Positions 10,059 to 19,183 are shown, counted from the stretch's first letter. The stretch: DNA of 64,000 nucleotides from Candidatus Peribacteria bacterium (GCA_943349825.1 CALQZQ010000006.1:17582-81581), one strand, 5' to 3'. Made by a program: numbers and translations. The notes: generated from the sequence alone by a model not told the origin.

Positions 10059-10646
10059 CTAATCTTTTTTACGAATGATGACGAGAGAGCCTTTGGAACC
10101 GGCTATAGGTCCTTTTATACCGAGCAAGTTCTTTTCTTTGTCCACGTACACAACTTCTACATCCATGAGCGTCTTTGTATCGAGACCCATGTGCCCAGCC
10201 ATGCGCATGTTTTTCCACACTTTACCTGGACGAGCACGGGCTCCGATGGAACCTGCCTCGCGCATGAAGTGAGAACCGTGAGTACGGGGACCTCCACGGA
10301 AATTGTGACGTTTCATCACTCCTTGGAAACCCTTACCTTTGGATACGCTGGTGATCTTAGCTCGTTCTCCTACCTCGAAGATATCAAGGGACATACTGTC
10401 TCCAGCCTTGAAAGAACTTTCTCCTTCAGGGAGGCGGAATTCACGGAGGTGCTTGAACTTCTTGTTCTTGCTCGGTTTCTTTAATGCGTCGAACCCAAGG
10501 ACTAACGCCGGATATCCATCTTTTTCAGTGGTTTTGATCTGTACTACCGCATTGGGAGTACATTCCACCACTGTAAGGGGGATCACGCGACCGTCGTCTT
10601 GTATGAGACGTGTCATACCGATTTTTCTACCTAGAATTCCTGACAT
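10059..10646 (-). CDS. rplC: 50S ribosomal protein L3
   Basis: GILGRKIGMTR and GKGFQGVMKRHNFRGGPRTHGS. Confidence 0.96.
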   Translation of the reverse strand: MSGILGRKIGMTRLIQDDGRVIPLTVVECTPNAVVQIKTTEKDGYPALVLGFDALKKPSKNKKFKHLREFRLPEGESSFKAGDSMSLDIFEVGERAKITSVSKGKGFQGVMKRHNFRGGPRTHGSHFMREAGSIGARARPGKVWKNMRMAGHMGLDTKTLMDVEVVYVDKEKNLLGIKGPIAGSKGSLVIIRKKD

Positions 10647-10769
10647 GCTTTAGAGCTTTAAAAGTTTGGAGGGTAGGTCTTATCCCCAGTGGGGTCCTCT
10701 TGCGAGGAGCCTTTCTCCTTACGAAGGTAAATGCTGGGAGATACTACTGAAGGGCTAAACTGATGTCAA
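10647..10769 (-). promoter_or_regulatory. internal promoter (TTGACA-17-TAGTAT) plus ~88-nt hairpin-rich leader between rpsJ and rplC
   Basis: On the minus strand the -35 TTGACA is at 10764-10769 and the -10 TAGTAT at 10741-10746, with a 17-nt spacer. The leader carries three consecutive small hairpins: CCUUCGUAAGG, UCCUC-GCAA-GAGGA and CCCC-ACU-GGGG. Confidence 0.5.
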
Positions 10770-10771
10770 TA

Positions 10772-11185
10772 CTATTTTGTCGACGTCTTAGCGGCTTTCT
10801 TAGGAGCTGCAGCCTTTTTTGCGGGTTTTTTCTCTGTCGATTCTGTTGAGGAAGACTTTTCTTCTCCAGCCTCCATGATCATCTTGATTTCGATGTCCAC
10901 TCCAGAAGGCAGGGACAGGTTGGAAAGTTCTTCAATAGTGGCGCTGGTGCTTTCTGTGATGTCGATGAGACGCTTGTGGGTACGGATTTCGTACTGTTCA
11001 CGAGAATTCTTGTGTACGAAAGTGGATTTGTTCACGGTGATTTTGTCGATGTTGGTAGGCAGGGGAATAGGACCCATGACGATGGCGCCGGTCTTTTCTG
11101 CGGTTTCGAGAATGAGACGGCAAGCCTCATCGATCACTTTGTGGTCGAAGGACTTCACTTTGATACGAATCTTTTGCTTAGCCAT
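10772..11185 (-). CDS. rpsJ: 30S ribosomal protein S10 with ~35 aa Lys/Ala/Ser-rich C-terminal extension
   Basis: [19 protein letters not shown]-terminus. At 137 aa it exceeds the usual ~103 aa. The tail reads [33 protein letters not shown]. Confidence 0.95.
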   Translation of the reverse strand: MAKQKIRIKVKSFDHKVIDEACRLILETAEKTGAIVMGPIPLPTNIDKITVNKSTFVHKNSREQYEIRTHKRLIDITESTSATIEELSNLSLPSGVDIEIKMIMEAGEEKSSSTESTEKKPAKKAAAPKKAAKTSTK

Positions 11186-11208
11186 AGAAGATAAGAGTTA
11201 GAGATGAA

Positions 11209-11241
11209 GATTTAAAAATGCCGAGACTTTTACATCTCGGC
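11209..11241 (-). terminator. attenuator-like hairpin + U-tract inside the rpsJ leader
   Basis: The minus-strand RNA reads GCCGAGA-UGUAAAAG-UCUCGGC followed by AUUUUUAAAUC. It lies downstream of the putative rpsJ promoter and 24 nt upstream of the rpsJ ATG. Confidence 0.55.
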
Positions 11242-11348
11242 TCGGCAGGCTTTAGGCCTGAAGACAAAGTTGAGATGTCCCGCAGAGACTCGGCTACGCC
11301 GAGTGCGAGGAGGTCCTAAAAACAGGACGCTGCATTTTGTACGGGGTA

Positions 11349-11377
11349 TTTTTAAAGGAAAAGGGACGAGGTGTCAA
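11349..11377 (-). promoter_or_regulatory. putative rpsJ promoter (TTGACA-17-TAAAAA)
   Basis: On the minus strand TTGACA is at 11372-11377, directly after the stop of the upstream gene. An A/T-rich -10 lies at 11349-11354. Confidence 0.5.
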
Positions 11378-11381
11378 ATTT

Positions 11382-11795
11382 TTAGCGGCTTTCCACATAC
11401 TTTTTGAAGTTGTCCAAAATGGACTGCCAACCGCTTTGCTGCATTTCTCGGGAGTTTTCGGATTCGGCTTCGAAATCTTCTTTTACCAGAGTGACGTTGC
11501 CGAGTGGAACGAAAGTGACGCGGACTTGGCGGCCGTCGCCCATGGTGTAGGCGATAAGTTCGTGTTCTTTTACTTCGTCGTAGGTGCCGCCAAAATCAAA
11601 ACCGAAGCTGCCGTCTTTGGCTTCCATGCGGGAACTGAATTTTCCGCCGGTGCGCAAATCGTTTTCGGCGCGAGGGGTGTGCCAGTCGTCGGAAGCGGCG
11701 TTCCACTGGGTGATGTGTTCGGGCTGGGTCCAGAGTTCCCACACTTTTTCGAGTGGGGCTTTTACACTGACTTCAACGGTGATGGGGTTTTGCAT
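11382..11795 (-). CDS. SRPBCC superfamily protein, AHSA1 (Activator of Hsp90 ATPase homolog 1-like) family
   Basis: 137 aa. The VSVKAPLEKVWELWTQPEHITQW... pattern is typical of AHSA1/SRPBCC small proteins. Confidence 0.75.
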   Translation of the reverse strand: MQNPITVEVSVKAPLEKVWELWTQPEHITQWNAASDDWHTPRAENDLRTGGKFSSRMEAKDGSFGFDFGGTYDEVKEHELIAYTMGDGRQVRVTFVPLGNVTLVKEDFEAESENSREMQQSGWQSILDNFKKYVESR

Positions 11796-11806
11796 GGTAT
11801 AAGTGG

Positions 11807-12772
11807 TTAGAGGCGTTGTAACTTTAGTACATCGATGAGGAGAAATACCTCGTGCATTTGCTGGAGAAAGGTATGGAGGTCATCTACCTGGAGAGCCGAC
11901 TGTGCAATGCCGCGGGGTTCGAAAAGATCTTGTCGGCAGGGAATGGAGATGATGAGACTGTTTTTTTCAAACACACACTGGACCTTGGGAGTGCTGCTCG
12001 GAGAGCGGAGTTTGGCGAGACTCAAAAGGCGTTCCATGAAAGCGGTGGTGAGTAGAAAACGGGCCTCCACTTGATCTGAACCAAAGACTTGGAAGATTTT
12101 TTCGAACTCAGGATCTTCCAGCGAAATACGTTGCAGTCCTTTGAAATCGTCACCTTCAAAAAAGTTTCCGATGGTGCCGCCGTCTTTGATGAGTAGAGTT
12201 TTTCCTTGGAAGTTTTTGGGAAAACCGATGTCGATGACGAGGCCTTGGAACACGGTTACGGTATGTTTCCCTTGGCGTTGTTTGAGCGTTGTTTCATGCA
12301 AATTCATTTTGATTGCTTTGTATTCGCCTGCCACAAAATCTTCCGTGACACAGGAAGTGAAAGAAGGAAAAATTTCTCCACTGTACTGCGTTTCAACGGA
12401 GCTGGTTCCGGTGAGGGAGTACGTCATGGTGCCAAAGAATTCACAAATCACCGGCATGAATTTGGACTTCACCTCTTGTTTGTATAAGCGGATGGGAATA
12501 TAGACCCACCCTCCTATGAGGGCGCATAAAAATAGGGCCACCTTAAAAATATCTTCGCCGTCTCCATTAGTCTGGGCTGACATGAAGCCTGCTCCTAAAA
12601 AAATGGCGATTCCTAAGGGGATGCCAATGGCCAGACGCTTTTTGTAAGCGGCGTATTGAACGAGACGCATCGACTCCAGGTTCTCCAGAATGGGAGCGAT
12701 TTTTGCTTTAAAGTGGCTCGCAAATCCTTTCTCGTAATCTGCATTTTCAGTGAATTCTGGCAGGGTGATCAT
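11807..12772 (-). CDS. membrane protein, DUF3137-like (tentative)
   Basis: 321 aa with two N-proximal TM segments and a soluble C-terminal domain. It sits immediately downstream of a LemA gene, which is a known pairing for DUF3137-type genes. Confidence 0.55.
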   Translation of the reverse strand: MITLPEFTENADYEKGFASHFKAKIAPILENLESMRLVQYAAYKKRLAIGIPLGIAIFLGAGFMSAQTNGDGEDIFKVALFLCALIGGWVYIPIRLYKQEVKSKFMPVICEFFGTMTYSLTGTSSVETQYSGEIFPSFTSCVTEDFVAGEYKAIKMNLHETTLKQRQGKHTVTVFQGLVIDIGFPKNFQGKTLLIKDGGTIGNFFEGDDFKGLQRISLEDPEFEKIFQVFGSDQVEARFLLTTAFMERLLSLAKLRSPSSTPKVQCVFEKNSLIISIPCRQDLFEPRGIAQSALQVDDLHTFLQQMHEVFLLIDVLKLQRL

Positions 12773-12786
12773 AGTCTGGTTTCAAG

Positions 12787-13347
12787 CTAGGCAAACATCT
12801 TGGCGACGTTGGGCACTTCTTTGGCGTCTTTATCCGCTTCAAAGTAAGGATAGGCTTTTACTCCAATCCAGCCGGCGACCATGCTCATGGGCCAGACTTG
12901 AACGGTATCGTTCAGCACGCGTGTGGCTGAGTTGTAGAAACGACGAGATGCAGCGATGTGTTCCTCCACATCTTCCAGAGCTTCTTGTACGTTGAGCATG
13001 GTGGTGTCGCTTTTGAGCGTGGGGTAGTTTTCCACGGCAATCATCAGTTGGCCCAGCTTGTTACTGAGCTCATTCTCCGTTTTCACTGCAGCGGGAATAT
13101 CTTTTCCATGGGCGACTTGCATTGCAGCGGTACGTAGCTTGGTGATGTCCTCCATCAGCCCTTTTTCATGAGTCATGAATTTTTGAGCGGTGGCGAGCAC
13201 ATTGGGAATGAGGTCGTGACGCTTGGTGAGTTGTACGTCGATTCCGGAGTAAGCTTCTTGCACGCCGTTTCTTTTGCGAATGATGCCGGCATACATGAAA
13301 TATCCAATTAAAAGGAGAGCCACGAGAATACCAATAGCGACGTACAT
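12787..13347 (-). CDS. lemA: LemA family membrane protein
   Basis: An N-terminal TM followed by RNGVQEAYSGIDVQLTKRHDLIPNVL...ENYPTLKS...RRFYN, all LemA hallmarks. Confidence 0.9.
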   Translation of the reverse strand: MYVAIGILVALLLIGYFMYAGIIRKRNGVQEAYSGIDVQLTKRHDLIPNVLATAQKFMTHEKGLMEDITKLRTAAMQVAHGKDIPAAVKTENELSNKLGQLMIAVENYPTLKSDTTMLNVQEALEDVEEHIAASRRFYNSATRVLNDTVQVWPMSMVAGWIGVKAYPYFEADKDAKEVPNVAKMFA

Positions 13348-13404
13348 GATGATCTTTGTTAAAGCACCGTGAATATAACACTACAGGGTGGCTTCTGAAT
13401 AGCT

Positions 13405-13638
13405 TTATTGGCTTTGTTTTTGCCACTTGAACCAGCGTCTCTGTAGGCATTGTGGGCAAGTGCGGTAGCTCATTTTTCCGGCCGAGGCGGCTTTGTAACG
13501 GATGCCGCCGAGTTCCCAGATGGATTTTTTAAAACCGCAGGTTCCGCAGATCAAAAACCAACGCTTGGAATCGGCTTCCATCACGGCAAAAAGGGAAGTG
13601 GGGAGGAGGAAGTGGAGGAGTTTTTGAAGGAAACTCAT
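13405..13638 (-). CDS. small membrane-associated zinc-ribbon protein
   Basis: 77 aa with a hydrophobic N-terminus and two CxxC pairs (CGTC...CPQC). Confidence 0.55.
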   Translation of the reverse strand: MSFLQKLLHFLLPTSLFAVMEADSKRWFLICGTCGFKKSIWELGGIRYKAASAGKMSYRTCPQCLQRRWFKWQKQSQ

Positions 13639-13644
13639 GGGCTA

Positions 13645-14385
13645 TTAATAGCGGAATTTTTCTTCCACCGCCATTATTTTACGATGATTATCTTTCAATT
13701 GTTCCCACACAGTGGCGCCGAATAGGGCTGGGCCGTCGATTCTTTTATTGAATAGTTTGGCTCTTCGGTAGGTCCCTTCCATGAAAGGTTTGTAGGTGGC
13801 GGATGCGTCTACTTTGGGTCGGTGTTCGCCCAGGTACCATAGTGCGAGGTTGGCTGCATGGACTCTTGTGATCCTGTCAGGTAGAGGGGTGTAAGTTCCA
13901 TCGGGGTTCCTTTTTTCCAAACTGCTCAGGTGAATACCCCGGCCGTTTTTTACGTAGGCCCACTCCAGGTAAAAGCCGAAGGGAAGTTTGAAAGGGGCTT
14001 GTCTATAGGAAAGCTTCCCATCTTCACCCGTGAAGACACGTGCGAGACTCATCGGTGTCCATGGGTCTCCGTCTTCCGCTTCTTCGTACAAAGTAGCTAT
14101 GTTGAGGCCCGGTATGACTACACTAGCCCGATCTTTTAAGGGGCCGTCGTTTAGGAAAAGACGCGTAGAGTGATTCTCGTCTGCAGCGTCTCTCACGAGG
14201 TTTCGAAATGCTAAAGAAGCCGGTTTGAACTCGGATGCTTCTTCGAAGTCAACTGCGTGGTTTGTTCGATGGGGCACATCTAAAAGTCCATCGACTCTTC
14301 GGAGGTGTTTATATCCTATGTCAACTTTAATGATGGCCTTGGCTTCACCGCGTCGCTCTTCTGGATTGTGTTGATCTCGGTTCAT
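13645..14385 (-). CDS. hypothetical protein (246 aa, soluble, no recognised motif)
   Basis: A long ORF with its own promoter-like element. It follows the tuf terminator. Confidence 0.6.
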   Translation of the reverse strand: MNRDQHNPEERRGEAKAIIKVDIGYKHLRRVDGLLDVPHRTNHAVDFEEASEFKPASLAFRNLVRDAADENHSTRLFLNDGPLKDRASVVIPGLNIATLYEEAEDGDPWTPMSLARVFTGEDGKLSYRQAPFKLPFGFYLEWAYVKNGRGIHLSSLEKRNPDGTYTPLPDRITRVHAANLALWYLGEHRPKVDASATYKPFMEGTYRRAKLFNKRIDGPALFGATVWEQLKDNHRKIMAVEEKFRY

Positions 14386-14395
14386 AGAAGGGCTG

Positions 14396-14424
14396 AGTAT
14401 TGCAACTCATTTTGATTTCGTCAA
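14396..14424 (-). promoter_or_regulatory. promoter TTGACG-17-AATACT, 10 nt before ATG (near-leaderless)
   Basis: On the minus strand the -35 is at 14419-14424 and the -10 at 14396-14401. The ATG is at 14385. Confidence 0.5.
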
Positions 14425-14425
14425 C

Positions 14426-14457
14426 AACAAAAAAGCCCCCGTATTGCTACGAGGGCT
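14426..14457 (-). terminator. rho-independent terminator after tuf
   Basis: The minus-strand RNA is AGCCCUCGUA-GCAA-UACGGGGGCU, a 10-bp stem with a GNRA loop, followed by UUUUUUGUUGUUG. Confidence 0.85.
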
Positions 14458-14484
14458 CTGATGTTAGCTTAGCTTTATTTAGGA

Positions 14485-15669
14485 CTAGGCAATGATTTTT
14501 CCAACTACTCCGGAACCAACCGTGCGACCTCCTTCGCGGATAGCGAAACGAGTTCCGTGTTCGAGAGCTACTGGAGCTCCGAGTTCTACTGACACGCTGA
14601 TGTTGTCTCCAGGCATGACCATCTCTACTCCAGCAGGGAGTTCGATAGCGCCGGTAACGTCAGTGGTACGGATGTAGAATTGAGGTTTGTATCCTTTGAA
14701 GAAAGGAGTGTGACGTCCACCTTCTTCTTTGCTGAGGACGTAGATTTCTCCTTCAAACTTCGTGTGAGGTTTGATGGATCCAGGCTTACAAATAACCTGA
14801 CCACGTTCCACATCTTCACGTTCCACACCACGGAGGAGGAGTCCTACGTTGTCTCCAGCTTGACCTTGGTCGAGCTGCTTGCGGAACATTTCAACTCCAG
14901 TACAAACTACTTTCTTGGTGTCCTTGAGACCGACGATTTCAACTTCGTCGTTGATCTTACAGATACCTTGTTCGATACGTCCGGTAGCTACCGTTCCACG
15001 TCCCTTGATGGAGAACACATCTTCTACAGACATGAGCAGAGGTTTGTCCAAAGCACGTTCTGGCATAGGGATGTATTCATCGAGGGTCTTGAGCAATTCC
15101 ACTACTGGAGCTGCATCAGGTCCGGAGGGGTCTTGAAGCGCCTTGAGAGCGGATCCTTTGATGAAAGGAGTCGTGTCTCCAGGGTATCCATACTTGTTGA
15201 GAAGTTCGCGAACTTCCATTTCGGAAAGTTCTGCGATTTCTGGGTCTGCCATATCCATCTTGTTCAAGAACACGATGATGTAAGGCACGTTCACTTGGTG
15301 AGCGAGCAAGATGTGTTCACGAGTTTGAGGCATGGGGCCGTCTGCTGCAGAAACCACGAGAATGGCACCGTCCATTTGAGCGGCTCCAGTGATCATGTTC
15401 TTTACGTAGTCGGCGTGACCGGGACAATCCACGTGAGCGTAGTGACGCTTGTCCGTGGTGTATTCCTGGTGAGAGGTTGCAATCGTAATACCGCGTGCCT
15501 TTTCTTCGGGCGCGTTATCGATTTGGTCGAATGCTACTGCTTTGTTGTCTCCGCCGAATTTGGCGGCAGCAACGGCAGTGAGAGCCGCAGAGAGCGTGGT
15601 TTTTCCATGGTCGACGTGACCGATGGTTCCGACGTTCAAGTGAGGCTTAGATCTGTCAAATGTGGCCAT
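14485..15669 (-). CDS. tuf: elongation factor Tu
   Basis: [18 protein letters not shown] and NKMD motifs, 394 aa. Confidence 0.99.
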   Translation of the reverse strand: MATFDRSKPHLNVGTIGHVDHGKTTLSAALTAVAAAKFGGDNKAVAFDQIDNAPEEKARGITIATSHQEYTTDKRHYAHVDCPGHADYVKNMITGAAQMDGAILVVSAADGPMPQTREHILLAHQVNVPYIIVFLNKMDMADPEIAELSEMEVRELLNKYGYPGDTTPFIKGSALKALQDPSGPDAAPVVELLKTLDEYIPMPERALDKPLLMSVEDVFSIKGRGTVATGRIEQGICKINDEVEIVGLKDTKKVVCTGVEMFRKQLDQGQAGDNVGLLLRGVEREDVERGQVICKPGSIKPHTKFEGEIYVLSKEEGGRHTPFFKGYKPQFYIRTTDVTGAIELPAGVEMVMPGDNISVSVELGAPVALEHGTRFAIREGGRTVGSGVVGKIIA

Positions 15670-15742
15670 AAGATGCTAAGCTAAAAAATATAAATAAAGC
15701 GAGGTGATTTTAGTGGATGCAAACGCCTTATGCAAGCCGAAA

Positions 15743-17836
15743 TTAGTTCTTCACTCCACGGTCTGCCTTGATCTTGGCGATCACGTTGGCAGGCGCCTGA
15801 GCGTAATGACTGAATTCCATGCTGTAGCTACCACGACCTTGGGTCATGGAGCGTAGGTCCGTTGCATACCCAAACATTTCGGAAAGAGGAACGGTACAGT
15901 TGATCACTTTAGCCATACCACGCGCGGTGGTTTCGCTGATTTGTCCACGGCGGGAAGAAATGTTTCCCATCACGTCTCCAAAGTAATCTTCCGCCACCAC
16001 TACTTCCACTTTCATGATCGGTTCGAGAATCACGGGGTCTGCCTTAGCAGCGCCGGATTTGAAGGCGATGGAAGCGGCCAGTTTGAACGCCAATTCGGAG
16101 GAATCCACATCGTGGTAAGAACCGTCGGTGAGCTCGGCCTTGATGTCTACTACCGGGTAACCGGCAATGATTCCACGAGTGAGGGCTTCTTTAATACCTT
16201 TGTCTACAGCGGGGATGAATTCACGAGGAATTTTTCCTCCGACGATGGAGTTGATGAACTCGTAACCCTTTCCAGGTTCGTTGGGGGAGAGCGTCATCAC
16301 CACGTGTCCATACTGTCCACGACCTCCTGTTTGCTTGGAGTATTTTTCTTCACATTCCACTTCTTTGCGGATGGTTTCACGGTAAGCCACTTGAGGCGCG
16401 CCCACGTTGGCTTCCACTTTGAATTCGCGCTTCATACGATCCACGATGATTTCCAAGTGGAGTTCTCCCATTCCGGCGATCAAAGTTTGACCGGTTTCTT
16501 CGTCGGAAGAAATACGGAACGTAGGATCTTCTTCAGCGAGTTTCTGCATGGCCATACCCATTTTTTCTTGGTCGGCTTTGGTCTTAGGTTCGATGGCGAT
16601 TTGGATAACGGGTTCTGGGAAGTCGATGGATTCCAGACGAATTGGGTGATCCATATCACAGAGCGTGTCTCCGGTGAAAGTACGTTTGAGACCGATAGCG
16701 GCCGCGATGTCCCCCGCTTCCACTCCCGTGATTTCTTCACGAGTGTTGGCGTGCATACGAACGAGACGGCTGATGCGTTCTTTTTCTCCAGTGGAAGCGT
16801 TGAGCACGTAAGAACCGGATTCCATTTTTCCTGAGTAGACACGGAAGAAACAGAGTTTTCCTACGAAAGGATCGGTAGCGATTTTGAACGCGAGACCGGA
16901 GAACGGAGCGTCAAGTTTGAATTCACGAACTTCTTCGGCTTCGGTGTCTGGGTTGTGTCCTTTGATGGAACCCACATCTTGAGGAGAAGGAAGGTAATCT
17001 CGAACCCCGTCGATGATGAGCTGAACTCCCATGTCGTGCAGAGCGGACCCACAGAACACAGGGTAGTGAGCGCCGGAAACGGTTCCTTTGCGCACTCCAT
17101 GTTTGATTTCGTCGATGGTCAGGTCTTCTCCGTTGATGAATTTGTTCATCAGGTCGTCGTCTTGTTCCGCGGCGGCTTCCACCATTTTCGCACGGTAGTC
17201 TTCCACTTTGGCTTTCATGTCTTCGGGAATGTCCATTTCGATGATGTTTTCACCGTGCTTTCCTTCGAAGCGGTAGGCCTTGCGTTCTACAAGGTCGATG
17301 ATTCCGCTGAAGCTGCTGTCTTGCCCGATAGGGAGTTGGATAGCGAAAGCTTTCTTGGAAAGACGTTTCCAAATGGAGTCGAGGGACATGTAGAAGTCAG
17401 CACCCATTTTGTCCATCTTGTTGATGAAGGCGATACGGGGCACGTTGTATTTGTCCGCTTGACGCCATACGGTTTCGGACTGAGGTTCCACACCTTGAGA
17501 TCCGTCGAATACCGCTACGGCTCCGTCGAGCACACGCATGGAACGCTCTACTTCCACCGTGAAATCCACGTGACCGGGAGTGTCGATAATATTGATGCGA
17601 ATGTCTTTCCAGTAACAAGTTGTTGCCGCTGCTGTAATCGTGATTCCACGTTCCTTCTCTTGCTCCATCCAGTCCATGGTGGCGGCACCTTCGTGCACTT
17701 CTCCAATTTTGTGGCTGCGGCCCGTGTAGAACAAAATACGTTCTGTGGTCGTGGTTTTACCGGCATCGATGTGCGCAGCAATTCCGATGTTACGAATATG
17801 AGCCAGGTCGTACTTTTGGGTAGCAGGGTCAGCCAT
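15743..17836 (-). CDS. fusA: elongation factor G
   Basis: [23 protein letters not shown] and NKMD motifs, 697 aa. Confidence 0.99.
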   Translation of the reverse strand: MADPATQKYDLAHIRNIGIAAHIDAGKTTTTERILFYTGRSHKIGEVHEGAATMDWMEQEKERGITITAAATTCYWKDIRINIIDTPGHVDFTVEVERSMRVLDGAVAVFDGSQGVEPQSETVWRQADKYNVPRIAFINKMDKMGADFYMSLDSIWKRLSKKAFAIQLPIGQDSSFSGIIDLVERKAYRFEGKHGENIIEMDIPEDMKAKVEDYRAKMVEAAAEQDDDLMNKFINGEDLTIDEIKHGVRKGTVSGAHYPVFCGSALHDMGVQLIIDGVRDYLPSPQDVGSIKGHNPDTEAEEVREFKLDAPFSGLAFKIATDPFVGKLCFFRVYSGKMESGSYVLNASTGEKERISRLVRMHANTREEITGVEAGDIAAAIGLKRTFTGDTLCDMDHPIRLESIDFPEPVIQIAIEPKTKADQEKMGMAMQKLAEEDPTFRISSDEETGQTLIAGMGELHLEIIVDRMKREFKVEANVGAPQVAYRETIRKEVECEEKYSKQTGGRGQYGHVVMTLSPNEPGKGYEFINSIVGGKIPREFIPAVDKGIKEALTRGIIAGYPVVDIKAELTDGSYHDVDSSELAFKLAASIAFKSGAAKADPVILEPIMKVEVVVAEDYFGDVMGNISSRRGQISETTARGMAKVINCTVPLSEMFGYATDLRSMTQGRGSYSMEFSHYAQAPANVIAKIKADRGVKN

Positions 17837-17865
17837 AAAGGGAAGTCATTTTTAAAAGCTTTGGC

Positions 17866-17893
17866 ATTATAGGGAAGCCAAAAGGGAAGTCAA
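17866..17893 (-). promoter_or_regulatory. fusA-tuf promoter TTGACT-16-TATAAT
   Basis: On the minus strand the -35 is at 17888-17893 and the -10 at 17866-17871. It lies between the stop of the upstream membrane-protein gene and the fusA ATG. Confidence 0.65.
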
Positions 17894-17901
17894 GGAAGCG
17901 C

Positions 17902-18333
17902 TTAAGATTTGGATAAGTTCAAGTACTCCTGGCTGGATTTTTGCAGCATGAGAATTAGTATCGCCAGGGTAGCCAAAGAGTAACCGGTGATGAAATTCAA
18001 GCCATTGCAAATCAAACTGGTGATAGCCCAAGCTTTGCTGCGGCGAGAGATGGCGAGGATGGCAAATATGGGGCCCAGGAAACTCGGGAGGGTGACTCCC
18101 AGTAGATAACCGATACCTTCAGGGGTGGTGAAAAAGAATGTATAGTTTTCCAACCCTTGCCCACCGAGCCCGTTTGTCATCTCTGAAATGAGTGTGGTGT
18201 TGGGGCCAAAATTGAAGGCCCAGATCAGGAAAACTATAGTGAGTGCACCTATAATGATTTGAAATATCGCTAGGCCTTTGGCCCATTTGAGAGGAGTGGG
18301 TAGAGTGGTGAGATTTGAGGGTATAGATGGCAT
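17902..18333 (-). CDS. small integral membrane protein (4 predicted TM)
   Basis: 143 aa and strongly hydrophobic. Only 1 nt separates it from the upstream lipoprotein gene. Confidence 0.65.
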   Translation of the reverse strand: MPSIPSNLTTLPTPLKWAKGLAIFQIIIGALTIVFLIWAFNFGPNTTLISEMTNGLGGQGLENYTFFFTTPEGIGYLLGVTLPSFLGPIFAILAISRRSKAWAITSLICNGLNFITGYSLATLAILILMLQKSSQEYLNLSKS

Positions 18334-18334
18334 A

Positions 18335-18850
18335 TTATTCTGCCGCTACAAAGCTCTCCAGAGTGTCCACTAGATCGTTGTTGGCTTGAATGAAAGTGGT
18401 GTAGCCGGTGTGTAAACTCTCATCGATGGTTTTTACCTTTGAAATGTCGTTTTGATATTCGTTGGTGCTGTAGTAGTTCAGCATGTCACTGTAGGTTTGA
18501 AGGTACTGCTCACCGGCAGTTTGATAGGTTTCCAGATCGGTTCGAATCGAATTTTGTTGCTCTATGTCACGGGCTTCCAGTGTGACTAGGTCGGCAATAT
18601 CTTCCAAGGCTGTTTTCGCTTCGTCGTAACTGATTTGCATGGCTGCGGTATCTATGACGTCGGTTTCGTTCACGACGTTAGGAACGGTGTCGTTGTAGAG
18701 CGTGGCGGTGGTTTCGATGATGGTGGAAGTGGCGTTTACACTTTCCACTACCTGATTGTTGTAATCCACATCGGAGAGTTTTTCGAATACGGAACAAGCG
18801 CTGAGCAGTACACTTGCAGAAAGAATGAGGGCGAGAAGGGATTTTTTCAT
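18335..18850 (-). CDS. lipoprotein (171 aa from ATG at 18850)
   Basis: The internal Met gives MKKSLLALILSASVLLSAC, a signal peptide plus L-S-A-C lipobox. The longer track ORF reaching 19168 has an implausible Ser/Pro/Arg-rich N-terminus. Confidence 0.75.
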   Translation of the reverse strand: MKKSLLALILSASVLLSACSVFEKLSDVDYNNQVVESVNATSTIIETTATLYNDTVPNVVNETDVIDTAAMQISYDEAKTALEDIADLVTLEARDIEQQNSIRTDLETYQTAGEQYLQTYSDMLNYYSTNEYQNDISKVKTIDESLHTGYTTFIQANNDLVDTLESFVAAE

Positions 18851-18895
18851 GGCGTGAAAAATGGATGAGCTGAGTTTAACAGAGGGAGCGCTGGT

Positions 18896-18923
18896 TTGAC
18901 AAATCTTAGTTTTGCGGTAATAT
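18896..18923 (+). promoter_or_regulatory. strong promoter TTGACA-16-TAATAT facing away from the ribosomal genes
   Basis: TTGACA at 18896-18901 and TAATAT at 18918-18923. Confidence 0.6.
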
Positions 18924-18944
18924 TTGCGCTTGTTTTTATTGCTT

Positions 18945-19178
18945 ATGAGCTTAGACACTAATCCAGGATTCAGGGAAGGAACGGTAGAAACTAGGGATCT
19001 TCCTAGAGGTGCCGAAGCAGTAACTGTGTTAAGAGATTTACAAGGAACGCTTGGGGTGGAAGGGGCGCGACTTACGATTGAACGGCACGTGGGCGCTACG
19101 CTCCCGGAGCTTTTGAAGAACTGTGAGACAATTCGTTTGCCCGCACCGGGTTGCCAAGACTGGCTCACTTATCGCTAA
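18945..19178 (+). CDS. orphan 77-aa ORF or ~280-nt structured RNA (independent transcription unit)
   Basis: The ATG at 18945 is ~15 nt after the predicted transcription start. The stop at 19176-19178 is 6 nt before a bidirectional terminator. The 5' GCUUAG (18949-18954) can pair with the 3' CUAAGC (19175-19180), and several internal hairpins are possible. Confidence 0.35.
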   Translation: MSLDTNPGFREGTVETRDLPRGAEAVTVLRDLQGTLGVEGARLTIERHVGATLPELLKNCETIRLPAPGCQDWLTYR

Positions 19179-19183
19179 GCACT

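Noticed and set aside
11900-11920. tRNA-like GGTTCGA strings, also at ~38890. More generally, a search of all intergenic regions for tRNA or rRNA genes.
   Set aside because: Both hits lie inside protein-coding frames and lack acceptor and anticodon arm complementarity. No intergenic region shows cloverleaf potential or rRNA signatures.
18851-19168. N-terminal extension of the lipoprotein ORF (track start 19168). Similar over-long track starts occur at 50773, 52218, 52343, 35656, 53365 and 22768.
   Set aside because: The extensions overlap neighbouring genes or promoters and encode implausible Ser/Pro/Arg-rich sequence. Internal Met codons give canonical signal peptides or conserved N-termini with matching promoter geometry.
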